Shown here one piece after another: positions 31,711 through 43,327 of a stretch of 64,000 nt of DNA; positions within the stretch are counted from its first letter, which is position 1, and each line of letters starts with the position of its first letter. Made by a program: the position numbers and the translations under genes. The notes below the pieces were generated by a model that saw only the letters and a list, made by a program, of their open reading frames with translations, had not been told where the DNA came from and made no database searches. Location: positions 62,001-126,000 of the IMG/VR virus record IMGVR_UViG_3300024239_000013. One strand, 5' to 3'.

Positions 31711-33355
31711 TTATATCCTCTTATAACAAGTGGGGTTTTTAACAAGTTCTATGTTTGATTGTTTGTAGTATCTAAGGGATTTTAATTTTTCTTGGATACG
31801 AGATTCTACATCAGAAAAATCAATTTCTTTAAATAGATCATGAATTATGTCAGTATCGTCCCCTGTTATCTCATTCCACAATTCCCAAGTTGAATCTGCT
31901 AATAAATCTCGAATTTGATTTTCGTCTATTCCATTAAAAATAATAGGAGTTTTTTCAGTTGCCATTGGAGATTTATCGAAATTAATAGCATCAATATCAT
32001 CAGAAATATTTTTTAGTCTTTGGTGACCTTCATCAGGATATACATAATATTTATATCCATTATTTATTGCTTCTTGTAATGTCATTTTTATATTTTTCAT
32101 TTTATGCTTCCACTTACTACAAGTGGGAAGTTTTTGATTCGTGTAATAATCTATCTATTTCAGCTACTATTAGTGCTCCTGCTTTTTGTAAATCTCTAAT
32201 TCGTAAATTAGTATTATCTGTATAATCTCTTTTTAACCATTCTAAATCAAATGGCCAGAAATGTAAAAACATATCATTTCCCCATTCATTATCAATAAAA
32301 CTAATCATATCATTAGTCATAGCATATGCACAGGCCGCATTTGCCAATTCTCCTTCTTTATGTTCTGCATCATGTTCATAAGTCCATCCTTCTATTTCAA
32401 TTTGTCTTTGCCTTTCTTCAGCAATTAATTGTATTTCTGTTTTCATTTTATTAAATCCACTTACAAATTCTAGTGGGAAGTTTTAGTTTTGTTTATCCAT
32501 CTAGCCAATCAGACCTATCATAACATAAATAAGAGTGGTCTTCTGGTTCTTCATATTTACAATTATTACAAAAAGCCTCAGAAAATTCTTCGTGAGTTGC
32601 TAATTCACCACAACCGCAGTAAAGTCTTTCTATTGAACCTTTTTTTATTTTTAACCTAATATTTCTATATTTAAAACAATCATCTATATTTTCAGGATAA
32701 CCATTTTTATCAATATCTCCTTCAACATAGTCTTTGTTATCGTACATTTCTTCAACGTTCATAAAATCTTGACCATAAGACCTAACATTTCCCCAAACTT
32801 CATCTCCAATTTCTATATGAACATAATCTCCTATTACTTCTTGTTCTGATATTGCTTTTACAAACATATTTTAATCCACTTCGCTATGCCTAGTTGGAAG
32901 TTTTAAATTTTTCTAACTCAACTAAGGAATCCATGTACAAATAGCAACTTTGTCCCAATTTTTATTTTCAAGTAAAGTCTTATCATCAGACCATTGACCT
33001 AAATGATTTCGTTCGCCACTCTCTTTATCCCACATCCAATCACAAAATTCATCCTCAAAACCAGTACCATTACCAGCATTAACAGTAACTCCATGAAATC
33101 TTGACAAGTCACCATCTACCAATAAAAATTGTAATGGGCTTTCAATGTCATTGTAAATAATTAAAGTTTTCATTTATTAATTCTTTTGTCTTTTTCTAAA
33201 ATTTCTTTTTTGTGTTCGAGGACTTTTCTAGCTTCTGTAGAAATTCCTTTATTTTTCTTTAAAGCATCAACAATTTTTCCCCATTCATATACATTTGAAT
33301 GACTTAATGATGCTGTTCTTACTTGCCCTTTAAACCAATAATTAATTGCTAACAT
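31711..33355 (-). other. five small CDS (31711-32100, 32117-32446, 32493-32867, 32922-33173, 33170-33355)
   Basis: The first three are each preceded by the hairpin repeat; 32117-32446 has the common phage IAEERQRQ...KAGALIVAEIDRL pattern. Confidence 0.65.
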
Positions 33356-33394
33356 AATTTTTCAATATTTAAAATTGTATAAAATTCTTTTGAT

Positions 33395-33797
33395 TTAGTG
33401 GCATTTCATTAACTTTCTATTGAATTCTTGAGTATGGTTTATTAATGGGTGGTTAAATTCAATTTCGTTAAACTTATTTTTATCAATATCAATTCGGATA
33501 CAACACTTCATCACATCAACATTACTGAATACACGTTCTTCTATTTCGTCATTTTTTTGGAATAAATTTAACGTCATTTAATTCATTGTACTCCTTTAAA
33601 GAAAAAGGTTTCACCTTATAATTTTGTCTTAATTTACCATAATCAAAAACCATTCTTATACCTCTATGGGCCAAATAATTATAATCTCTTGTCATATAAA
33701 CACAGGGATATAATATCCTCTGATCCATATAAATAAAACCAGTATCTAAAATTGATTTTAATCTTTTTAAGTTTAGTATATTATGATATAGTTCCAT
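33395..33797 (-). pseudogene. frameshifted gene, possible ADP-ribosyltransferase-like fold
   Basis: 33549-33797 and 33395-33577 join by removing one A from the A7 run at 33552-33558; LYH...TR...EIEER. Confidence 0.45.
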
Positions 33798-33848
33798 AAA
33801 TTAAATGTTAAAATACTACACACAGATCCAAAATTTTTACTAGAAATA

Positions 33849-34130
33849 CTAAACAATATTTGCCACACCATTGGTAATTATATAATGAGTTTTACACCCA
33901 AACCTATGAAGTATTGACGGACTTATGGTCGCTTTACCGTTATTAATGGTTAAGTTCCATTCACCTTCTTTAATAGGTATTGGTGTTTGCTTTCCACAAC
34001 CACAAGGACAAAGGTGATTTGCTATTTTATATTCTTTTGAATAATATAGTTTACCTGATTCCATTTCATTGAATCCTGGAATAAATTCTACTTCAATAAG
34101 TTCTAAAGGAACTTTCTGTAATGTTTTCAT
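33849..34130 (-). CDS. DUF6527-like metal-binding protein
   Basis: HLCPCGCG, TISPSI, CKTHYIITNG. Confidence 0.7.
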   Translation of the reverse strand: MKTLQKVPLELIEVEFIPGFNEMESGKLYYSKEYKIANHLCPCGCGKQTPIPIKEGEWNLTINNGKATISPSILHRFGCKTHYIITNGVANIV

Positions 34131-34153
34131 TTTAATATTTTTTTAAATAAAAA

Positions 34154-35363
34154 TTAACCCCATATAGAATCTTCCAATTTTTCAACATCTTCTAGACTTC
34201 TAATATCAACATATTTAATCCTAATCCCATTATGAAAAACTGACACATGAAAGGATTTATTGTCGGTAACCATTCTAAAAGAAATGTCATGACCATAGAG
34301 CCCATTTTTAGAATATTGTAAATCAAATAATGATGTTGCAACTTTTCTTAGTTCGTTATGATTTAGTTCGTTATGATTCATACTTTTCTTGTATATGTTA
34401 ATATCGATATTTTTTCTAAAAATAATTTGACTATCCAATAAGTTTTACCCGAGAGGCTATCTTGAATCCAGCAATTGTATGAACTTCATGTTCACTAGTT
34501 CCAAAGTAATTAGTCACAAGATAATTGCCGGGTTTTGGAGAAATCTTGACAACTGATCCGGATGGTTCTTTTACATCACTGACATTTCCAAACATGTATC
34601 TCCACATATCACATGAAATTGAACCGCAATAAATCCAACCCAATTTTGGAAGTTCTTCACTGGCCTCGAACTCCATTCCAGAATTATCTCCTTGACCTTC
34701 AGCCCAACGATAAGTCTCTTCTATGATTATGAATTCTTGTTTATCACTAGACAAATAGATATCAATTGACGTATTTCCCAGTTGTTGGTAGCCAATATTG
34801 TCATTGGCATGAAACTCAGCAATACGTCTTCTTCCAACTATAGTATTCAAAGAAAAGTAATTATAAGAAAAGTCTTTTTCAGCTTCGTCTAGTTTAGCAA
34901 TGTGATCTTTAAAGAAGTTAGCAAAGACGATTTCTCCATTTACTTTAAATTCAAATGACTGGGGTAAGTTATGTTCTAATTCGCAACGATCTTCCTGGTA
35001 TTCATAAAACCATTTACTTGCTGGAGATTCTTTGGTATTGAGTTCAGCAACAAAACAAATAATCTTAGACTCTAGTGGATCATACCTCCAACCGAGTGAT
35101 CGATTACAATTTGCACATGGTGAATCCAGTTCTATTTCCCTAATGTGTTTATCACCGTCCGGAATTGACTCAGTAATTAAAGACTCTGACCAAACAATCC
35201 CTTTTTTCGAAAGAGCTGAACTATTATCCCAAAATTCAATTCTTTTTCCAAGACGTTTTATCATTCCATCAGGGCCCCATCCATAAAAAGGATTGTGCCC
35301 ATTCTCGTCTATTTTAATCTCTCCGGAAACAAGTCCATCGTAGAGCTGTTTTATTGTTATCAT
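34154..35363 (-). other. two hypothetical CDS (34154-34438, 34431-35363)
   Basis: ORF track; 15-bp tandem duplication at 34349-34378 (NHNEL twice). Confidence 0.55.
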
Positions 35364-35429
35364 AAAGTAAATAATTTCATTTTTTTTAATCTAACTTCTT
35401 CTTTTGTCATTTTTCAGAGTCCTCTATAT

Positions 35430-35715
35430 TTAAAAAATATCAACTACACGTCTGCAAACTTTCTTTGTCCACCAGTTAATTCCACCTTTATTGTTTCTTA
35501 TAATCAATCTCTTTTCGTTGTTTCCCTTTACAGGTGAGTGTAAAATCTACCTTTCGCCTTGCAATAAACAATATCTCCTCCGTTGCAATATTTCCGTTTT
35601 ACAGGAGAAAGTTTATATCCTTGACCTGATTTAATTAAAGGTACCGTTGAATTTCCTTTTCGATTGTAACGAATGTTTCCTCGTTCTCTAATTTTTCTAA
35701 TTTATAATTTTTCAT
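35430..35715 (-). pseudogene. degraded copy of the S24/S26-like gene at 40230-40520
   Basis: Starts MKNYKLEKL, ends RVVDIF*; internal frameshifts. Confidence 0.8.
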
Positions 35716-35796
35716 TTGTATAAAATTTTTGATATTAAATATAGCAGCAAATATAAGAAATAAATATAACTGTTGCTTTCAATCTTATAGTGAATT

Positions 35797-36287
35797 TTAA
35801 ACCCCTACAGTCATACATTTTGTTGTTGGTACAAATTCATATTCTTTACCTGATGGGTATTTGACTTTTATCAAAGATGATAGCCCATTATCCAAAATTT
35901 CCACAATGACATCATCCCATTCCATCCAACCTATGCACCATAACCTTACCTTATCTCCGGTTTTGCAATCTTTAAGTTCTTTTTCCATAATAAAACGTAC
36001 TATAATATTTCACAAAAAACAAGAGTGCCGAAACTCTGTCTGTATGTTTTGGTTATTTTAGACCTTTTTTAGTGTATTTCTTGATGTTAGGAGTAATTTT
36101 TACCACACCTATTACACTTAGTGTTTTTTGGCATACGTCCATCACTTGGTACGTATCCAAATTCATCTATACAATCTTGAATCTTACAAGTGAATTGATG
36201 CCAACCAATTAAGCAAAGTAATCTTGAAACAAAACTACGCCTAGCAGAAGTGATATTCAATTTTGGATTTTTTTCTTCTTTTCCCAT
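35797..36287 (-). other. two small CDS (35797-35988, 36087-36287)
   Basis: ORF track. Confidence 0.5.
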
Positions 36288-36429
36288 TTTTGTTATCTAA
36301 TTTAAGTTATTCATATTTTGATAATTTGTGATTCTGAGCCCGCAAGTAAATATTTTCATCTTTAGACACACTGCATATAAACCCAGGTTCTGTTTCAAAA
36401 AATTCAAAGGCTTATAGTTTTATATCAAG

Positions 36430-37410
36430 TTAAATCTGAATAATTTCAAATCCTTTATATAAATCATTTTTCCAACGCCAGTCTAGATAATCTTTTTTTA
36501 GTAGTTTAACCTTTTTACCAAGAGAAAGAGCAAGATGTGCAACAACGGTATCAATAGTCCAAATCTCATCACATTTTAGAATCAATTCTGATGTATCTAA
36601 TAAATTATTTATTTCAACATAATCCGCAAAATCTAATTTTTGATCATGTTGAAGAGATACTATTTTTTTATCGTTGATTTTATCTCTGATTAAATTTGGA
36701 TCTATACTTCTTTCCTTGGTATTTTTAGATTTTGAATTTGCTGACCAGCAAAGACCAATATCCCATTTTCTACTTTCCTGTTGAACCTCTATCAGATAAC
36801 TTTGATCCGATAAATCAAAGAAGAAATCACCAGATAATAAAAATCTGTCGTGATTCATTACAAATTCGTATGAAATTGATCTTTCTGTAAAGAATGTAAC
36901 ATTTTGAAATTTAAAATATTTTTTAAAGAATTCTAAGGTTTCTTCATATACCTGATAAGATACGCTTTTATATTTTTTTGATAAAAATTCTATCTGCCGG
37001 GAGAACAGAATCTCGTCACCAAATCCTTGTTCGTTCAAGACAAGAATTGCATCTGCTTCCTCACCGAATTTCAATCTTTTTATAGGTAGATCTGGATATG
37101 ATTTTCTGATACCCTCACATCTAAATTTCCAATATCCCTTAGCTTCTTCTGCTTTTTTGAGATGCATTAAACATAAAAATATTTCATACTGTGATTCACC
37201 ACCATTTAATTCAGATTTTCTATAACATCTTAAAGCAGATTTCCAATCAAATATTGCAGATTTACAAAGACCCATATTGTAGTAAATTATTGATAGTGTT
37301 TTACTATCTAATTTTTTACCGAGTATTTTTTTTAGTATATCATAGGAACCTTTATAATCACCATTATTATAAAGTAAAATAGATTTCCCAACTATAGCCG
37401 AAATGTCCAT
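36430..37410 (-). CDS. TPR plus glycosyltransferase family 9-like protein
   Basis: N-terminal TPR (YYNMGLC), EQGFGDEILFSR, TIDTVVAHLA, DWRW. Confidence 0.78.
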   Translation of the reverse strand: MDISAIVGKSILLYNNGDYKGSYDILKKILGKKLDSKTLSIIYYNMGLCKSAIFDWKSALRCYRKSELNGGESQYEIFLCLMHLKKAEEAKGYWKFRCEGIRKSYPDLPIKRLKFGEEADAILVLNEQGFGDEILFSRQIEFLSKKYKSVSYQVYEETLEFFKKYFKFQNVTFFTERSISYEFVMNHDRFLLSGDFFFDLSDQSYLIEVQQESRKWDIGLCWSANSKSKNTKERSIDPNLIRDKINDKKIVSLQHDQKLDFADYVEINNLLDTSELILKCDEIWTIDTVVAHLALSLGKKVKLLKKDYLDWRWKNDLYKGFEIIQI

Positions 37411-37441
37411 ATTTTATTTTTTTAATCTATTAATTTCTAGC

Positions 37442-37882
37442 TTAATTTTTCTGTTTTCGTATTCCTATTTGTTTTACTGCGTTTTCGGTTAATATAGGTT
37501 CATAGTGTATTAAGCATTCTATTGTAGTTTGATATAAATCCTTTACTTTTAATATAGGGACTGAACACATGTAAATAGTTCCTTTAAAAATTTCAAATCC
37601 TTCAAACAAAACTTTTTCTTTTGCTTTTTTATATCTGTAAATTTCATCATTGTACTCTGTCATAATATTAGGAAGTCTCTGTTCATAGTCTTTAGGTTCG
37701 TATAAAATTTCATCATCTTCATCACAAGGCGCAACCATTTCTAATTTTAAAGGCTGTTTTAGAAAATTATCATAATTAGTTCTTATTTCTTCATACCAAG
37801 CAAGATATACATTTCTTGTAGGAAATTCTTTTTCTTTTGATTTACATAACTCACCAAAAGAAGTATTTGATATTAGTTTCAT
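37442..37882 (-). CDS. family D paralogue 3
   Basis: MKLIS...FLKQPLKLEMVAPCDED...AKEKVLFEGF. Confidence 0.75.
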   Translation of the reverse strand: MKLISNTSFGELCKSKEKEFPTRNVYLAWYEEIRTNYDNFLKQPLKLEMVAPCDEDDEILYEPKDYEQRLPNIMTEYNDEIYRYKKAKEKVLFEGFEIFKGTIYMCSVPILKVKDLYQTTIECLIHYEPILTENAVKQIGIRKQKN

Positions 37883-38088
37883 AATTATTACCACTTACTA
37901 CAAGTGGGAAGTTTATTTTTTTGTTATATATTTCAACACTTATAATTCTTTCTGAGGTACGATTAATTTTCCAAATCGCTTGTTCTATTGCTCTTTCAAA
38001 TGATAATGCTGAAATATTTATCCTTCGTTTTTTTTTCCAGAAATATCATTTATAATGGTAATTCTATAAGTTTCCATAATTATGATTT

Positions 38089-40139
38089 TTAAATATTAAT
38101 AGAATCTAATTTTTTTTCTAATTCTGCAAATAATTCCTTGTCTTTTCCTTCTTTAATTATTCCCAAAATACAACTAGTTTGATAACGCAATGAACCAACG
38201 ATGTCTTTTATTCTTTGTTCTTCTAATTCTTCATCTATATGAAAATTCAAATCAACTTCATTATCTTGAACAAAATCAATTGTAAACTGTTCATAATTTC
38301 CACTATGGATTTTATCCTCATAATACCTGAAAATTTCTAAAGCTTGTTTTAACATGTTTTTAATTTTTATTTTTTTATTATCTTTATCTTGTCTATTGTA
38401 GGAACTATAATGTTCAATTCATGGCATTTATTACGAATTATCATCCAAGCAGCTACTTTACTAATTGCTTTAGCTTTAAATCCATGAATTTCATCAATAA
38501 ATTCTTTATTATTTTTCATAATTTTTACCACTTTCTACAAGTGGGAAGTTTTATTTAAAGCCAAATTTCTTTTTACCTTTAATTTTACGCTCCGTTTTTC
38601 TACGATAGTTACGTTTTTCTCTGCTAGAAACTAAGTCAGACTTACCTAAAAACTCGTAATCTCTAGTTATTTTATAACTATTTGTTTCTTTTTCCATTTT
38701 AGTAATTCCACTTCTCTATGCCTAGTGGGAAGCTTTAAGGTTAAATGCTCCATAGCGATTTTGTATTACTTTTATTTCGTCTATATGGATGTTATACACA
38801 ATACTACATTAGGGTTTCAATTATAGTTCTGTGTAAAATAAAATTATGAAGGTATAAATCCATATCTAAAACCTTCTCTACCGTATAACGCATCGGTACA
38901 AATAATTCCATCTGAGTTGTTAATTTCGTCTATATCTTCTTTTGTAAGTTCAGTTCTAATTAACATACTTACCATTCTATTGTTCTCATAAGAAAGTCTT
39001 TTGTTTCCATTCACATCATCAATAATTTCTAATGGTTCTATACCATTTTCACCAACAATACATTTTCTTGATAAAGACCAATTAACAACGCTTGGATGTT
39101 TTGTTGTAATTATTTTGTTTTGATGAACACCTGCTTTAACATATTTTTCTACTAATTCCTTCATATTTTTATTTTTTTCACCGCACAATTAGTTTTTAGT
39201 TAAATCTGTTCTTATCCAACAACCTATAAATTTAGCCTGCTCAATTAATTGTCTTTCAAATTCTTTAGCGTCTTCTTTTTTGATGAAAACCTTTGCTTGT
39301 CTTCTTGTGTCGTCTGACCACCCTGTTTTTACATACCAAGTTACCGTCCAGCTTTCAAGTTCTGTAACTGTTTGCATTTTCTCTTTTGGAATAAATAATT
39401 TAAATAATTTCATTTTTTTAAATTTGTTTAAGCCAACCCACAAAAAATAAAAATATCCTATGACACGGGTTTGGCGTAATGTCACCAGATAATTTAGTGC
39501 TAAAATTTAAGCTCATGGAAAGGTGCACTAACACCAAGCAGAAAAATGTTAGATGAAATTCTTTTCAATAAAATCATCTAATCCCATTTTACGAAGTTTG
39601 CTATTTAATATCTCCCCTTTTTTATTACATTCTGTACCTCTTTTTGATTTTTCAAGATAGAATGTGTAAAACTCTAAACCTATTGGGTTTTCATATTTTT
39701 TTGATAATTCTGCTTTATAAATTTCCATTTTATTTTTTTTTAAGTTAAACATTTGTTTTTCCAAAGTCACTACATCACAAATGCTTTAGCGAGACCATAG
39801 TTATTAAGTTAAATTTTAGTTATAGTCCTTTTACGAAAGTGATAACTCCTCTTCGCAAATAGTTTGAATCATTGCAATCCTAAATCCGGAACGAAGTCCA
39901 AACTTAGAATCATTACAATCTACATCTTTAATTTTTGTATAAACTTTTTTCCAAAACTCTATGTCTTGCTTCATTTCATCGATAATTAAATCAACCAAAT
40001 TGCAAAACATATCCCAAGATTGGTTATCAAACGAATCAACGTTTTCTAAAACAAATTTTTGAAACTCATTTTTTGCTTCTTCGGAATTATGTCTTTGATT
40101 TCCGAGTTGTATCATTTTTACTTTATTATCCCAGTGCAT
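38089..40139 (-). other. small hypothetical CDS (38089-38355, 38367-38519, 38551-38697, 38844-39188, 39189-39485, 39549-39770, 39831-40139)
   Basis: ORF track plus two manually translated 48-50 aa ORFs that follow hairpin repeats. Confidence 0.55.
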
Positions 40140-40229
40140 AATTTTATTTCACTTGCTTTATAGCGGGAAGTTTTAAGGTTAAAGGTTTGTATTACTTTTA
40201 TTTCGTCTATATAGATGTTATATGCAAGG

Positions 40230-40520
40230 CTAAATAACCTCTACCACACGACCATAAACTTGCTTTGTCCATCCATTGATACCACCTTTATTATTTCCGA
40301 TGAGCAATCCCTTTTCGTTGTTTTTGCCCTTAACCAAGTGAGTGTAAAAATTACCTTTCACTTTACAATAAACAATATCACCTTCATTACATTCTTCCCA
40401 CTTTACAGGAGCAAGTTTATGTTCCTGTCCTGATTTAATTAGTGGTATCATTGAGTTTCCTTTTTCACTTGTTACAAACGTTTCTCCATTCTGTAACTTT
40501 TCTAATTTGTAATTTTTCAT
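40230..40520 (-). CDS. peptidase S24/S26-like small protein
   Basis: GNSMIPLIKSG, GDIV, THLV. Confidence 0.55.
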   Translation of the reverse strand: MKNYKLEKLQNGETFVTSEKGNSMIPLIKSGQEHKLAPVKWEECNEGDIVYCKVKGNFYTHLVKGKNNEKGLLIGNNKGGINGWTKQVYGRVVEVI

Positions 40521-40521
40521 T

Positions 40522-40812
40522 CTATTTAACTTTAAATTTTACTAGTTCTCCAAAATCCATTAATTTACCTCTAAAATCACAAATTTTAGATTTTCCTGAA
40601 ACCTTATAATAAGGGCAATCCTTATTACATTCAGATTTATCACCAACAGTTTCTAATTCTGAACACCATATATAATCTTTTTCTTTTGAAGGAATTGCTT
40701 CAAAAAGTTCTATTTCATTCAATCCTTCTTCTTTTGCTCTTTCTAAATAAGTTTGTAAAGGATAACAAATGTTAGCATCTTCATTTTCAAAATATAATTT
40801 TTCTGTTTTCAT
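40522..40812 (-). CDS. Cys-rich hypothetical protein
   Basis: ORF track. Confidence 0.55.
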   Translation of the reverse strand: MKTEKLYFENEDANICYPLQTYLERAKEEGLNEIELFEAIPSKEKDYIWCSELETVGDKSECNKDCPYYKVSGKSKICDFRGKLMDFGELVKFKVK

Positions 40813-41362
40813 AACTTAATTTTCTTTCAATTTAATCCAACCATATTCAATTAGGTTATCTACAGATAAACCCACGTAAGGTAATGCATAACCTTTAGAA
40901 CGGAGGTAATCAAAAACTTGCATCCAATTTTTAATTCCATTAGTACTAGAAGTAGTTCCGCTGTCATTAATTGAAGTTCTAAAAATTGATAGTATTAATT
41001 CTTTAATTGCACCAGATAAATGACCTAGTCCAAATATTTTAGAAACCTCAATAGCATCTTCATCACTTATCTGTGAAAGTGGGTTTAGTATTAATTGGCA
41101 TTCATTTATATTTGCATTACATGATAATTCATTTTTTTCAAAATTTTCATCTTCTAATGATACTATCCAAACCTGCTTTGTAAAATTTCCACATGATAAA
41201 TAGAATGAAACTATATTTCCTATTCTATCTTGGTAAAATACTTGTTGATTTAAATACTGAGCAAAAAACTTTGCTTTATTTTCTAATGTGTTTTCTGTTT
41301 TCATAACTTAATTTTCTTTCAATTTAATCCAACCATATTCAATTAGGTTATCTACAGATAAA
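40799..41362. repeat. perfect 72-bp direct repeat (40799-40870 and 41291-41362)
   Basis: Covers the 3' end of each family E gene and the next MKTE start. Confidence 0.9.
40816..41304 (-). CDS. family E paralogue 1
   Basis: MKT.NTLENKAKFFAQY...PLSQIS.ED...RSKGYALP...LIEYGWIKLKEN. Confidence 0.75.
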   Translation of the reverse strand: MKTENTLENKAKFFAQYLNQQVFYQDRIGNIVSFYLSCGNFTKQVWIVSLEDENFEKNELSCNANINECQLILNPLSQISDEDAIEVSKIFGLGHLSGAIKELILSIFRTSINDSGTTSSTNGIKNWMQVFDYLRSKGYALPYVGLSVDNLIEYGWIKLKEN

Positions 41363-41769
41363 TCCATCCAAGGTAATGCATAACCTTTGGAACGAAAGTA
41401 ATCACATTCCTTTGACCCAATTTTTCTATCACCATTCCAATGATGGAGACTTCTGAAGGTCTTAAAATTACGACCTAATTCAATCGAGGCAATTTCACTA
41501 AAAGTAAAATAATGATTAACTTCCAATATCTCCCCTAGTTCATCATAAGTTTTATTATATGTAAACATAATGCCCTGGATCGTGTCTTCATTACTAATCT
41601 GTGAAAGTGGTTTTAGCTCTAAGTAACTCCTATCTATACCATACATATTCGATGTATCTACAGGATAAATTTCTTTATTCCCTGAATTTGATATATCCGA
41701 TAAAACTTTTTGTCCCCAATACTGAGCAAAAAACTTTGCTTTATTTTCTAATGTGTTTTGTGTTTTCAT
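41308..41769 (-). CDS. family E paralogue 2
   Basis: Same constant blocks, unrelated interiors. Confidence 0.75.
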   Translation of the reverse strand: MKTQNTLENKAKFFAQYWGQKVLSDISNSGNKEIYPVDTSNMYGIDRSYLELKPLSQISNEDTIQGIMFTYNKTYDELGEILEVNHYFTFSEIASIELGRNFKTFRSLHHWNGDRKIGSKECDYFRSKGYALPWMDLSVDNLIEYGWIKLKEN

Positions 41770-41774
41770 AATTT

Positions 41775-43327
41775 TTAATCTTTTTCTAAGTAAATTATCC
41801 CTTCACCTTCCAATAAGATATTGTCTGCAATATCTGAAAAAATGTCTGGTGCCTCTATTAATGCATCGTCACTTTGCTGTATACATTCTCCTATTCCATG
41901 TTTTTCTAAAAACTCTGTTATTTTTTCTATTGCTAATTCTTTTTTTTCGGTTGTCCAATTTACTTGATATGCCATAATCTTTAATTCACTTAATATAAGT
42001 GAGAATTTTTTATTAAATAAGATTAAATTAAATATTATTTCTGGGATAAAGTTGTTATTTTAATGAGGTATAAAAACCTATCTGAATGTAAATATAGATG
42101 ATTAATCGTGAATCTAAAATAAAACTCCATTACCTTTCGATTTCTTTCTCCTTTACTATAACAGGGAAACATATAGTGTCACTTTCTTTAAAACTCATAT
42201 ATTCATGGAGGTTAACTTCTCTCAATTCACTATTATCGAGCAAAAAGTAATACCTTTCTACTATAATTCCTCTTCCTATAGATCCCGTTACATACTTTTT
42301 GGATTTGATTTCATAACATTGATCTTCATAAGTGTAAACATAACTTTCTTTTTCACAAGAAAAAAGAAATGATAAAATAATTAAAAAATTTACTAATCTC
42401 ATATAATTTAAAAATTTTACTATTTATTTTTAAATTCTTTTTTAATGAATCTTTCACCGTCTCTCTTAATGGAATCTAGTATGGAATCATTTGATGAATA
42501 ATAGGAATAGAAAGAATCTTTAATGTATTCGTATTTTTTATCTGGTGGAAGATTCTCAAAATAGCTGTTCATTTTACCGATAATAAATTCAACTAATCCA
42601 TCTAAAGAGCAAATGAAAGAAATAAAATTATTATTTGTCTCAATTTCTTCCTGAGTAATATTCTCCTTATTTATTCTAGATTTTAGAATTCTCATCTGAT
42701 ATTGAACATTAGTGGATAATATTGCTATTTTATAATAATCATTTTTTGTAAAATTATTATTGTTTTTTTCACAATATTCTAGGAAAAAATATTGAAATAT
42801 CGAAATCTCCCGGTCAGAATAAGGAAGCCACTTAACGATGTTTAAGTATTTATTTATTCTATCCTTTGATGAAATTTTCTCAGTAACATCTTGCTGAATA
42901 TTATCTAATCCCATTTGATCTTTTTTTTAATCCAACAAAATTAATAAACATCTACGATAAATAAAAAAAATTACGGAAATCCCATAATTTTTTTTAATAT
43001 CAGTAAATGCCTGTCAATTTAACTATCTCTTTTAAGACACAGGAGAAATAAGATGAAATTGCTTTTAATTTGGTTATATTATCTATTAAATCTTTATTTA
43101 TATAAATTAACCAAATAGTTTATGATCAAAAAAATTGAGATTGCGTGGATAAATGCTGATGTGTAAAATATAATTTTAGTGTAGTTAAATTTTTTAAAAA
43201 ATTCACCATCATCCAAAATTAAATATTTAAAAACATATAGAATTCCTATTACTGGAATATGAATGTTAAATAATTTTCTCATATTGTATAATGTTTTAAT
43301 GCTTTTAATAAACATTGTTCCAAACAC
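41775..43327 (-). other. small CDS (41775-41975; 42130-42402 lipoprotein LFSC; 42420-42914; 43094-43327 membrane)
   Basis: ORF track. Confidence 0.55.

Noticed and set aside
29685-42009. CRISPR array made of the hairpin repeats
   Set aside because: Spacing is 180 bp to 5 kb, the intervals hold whole ORFs, and no cas genes are present
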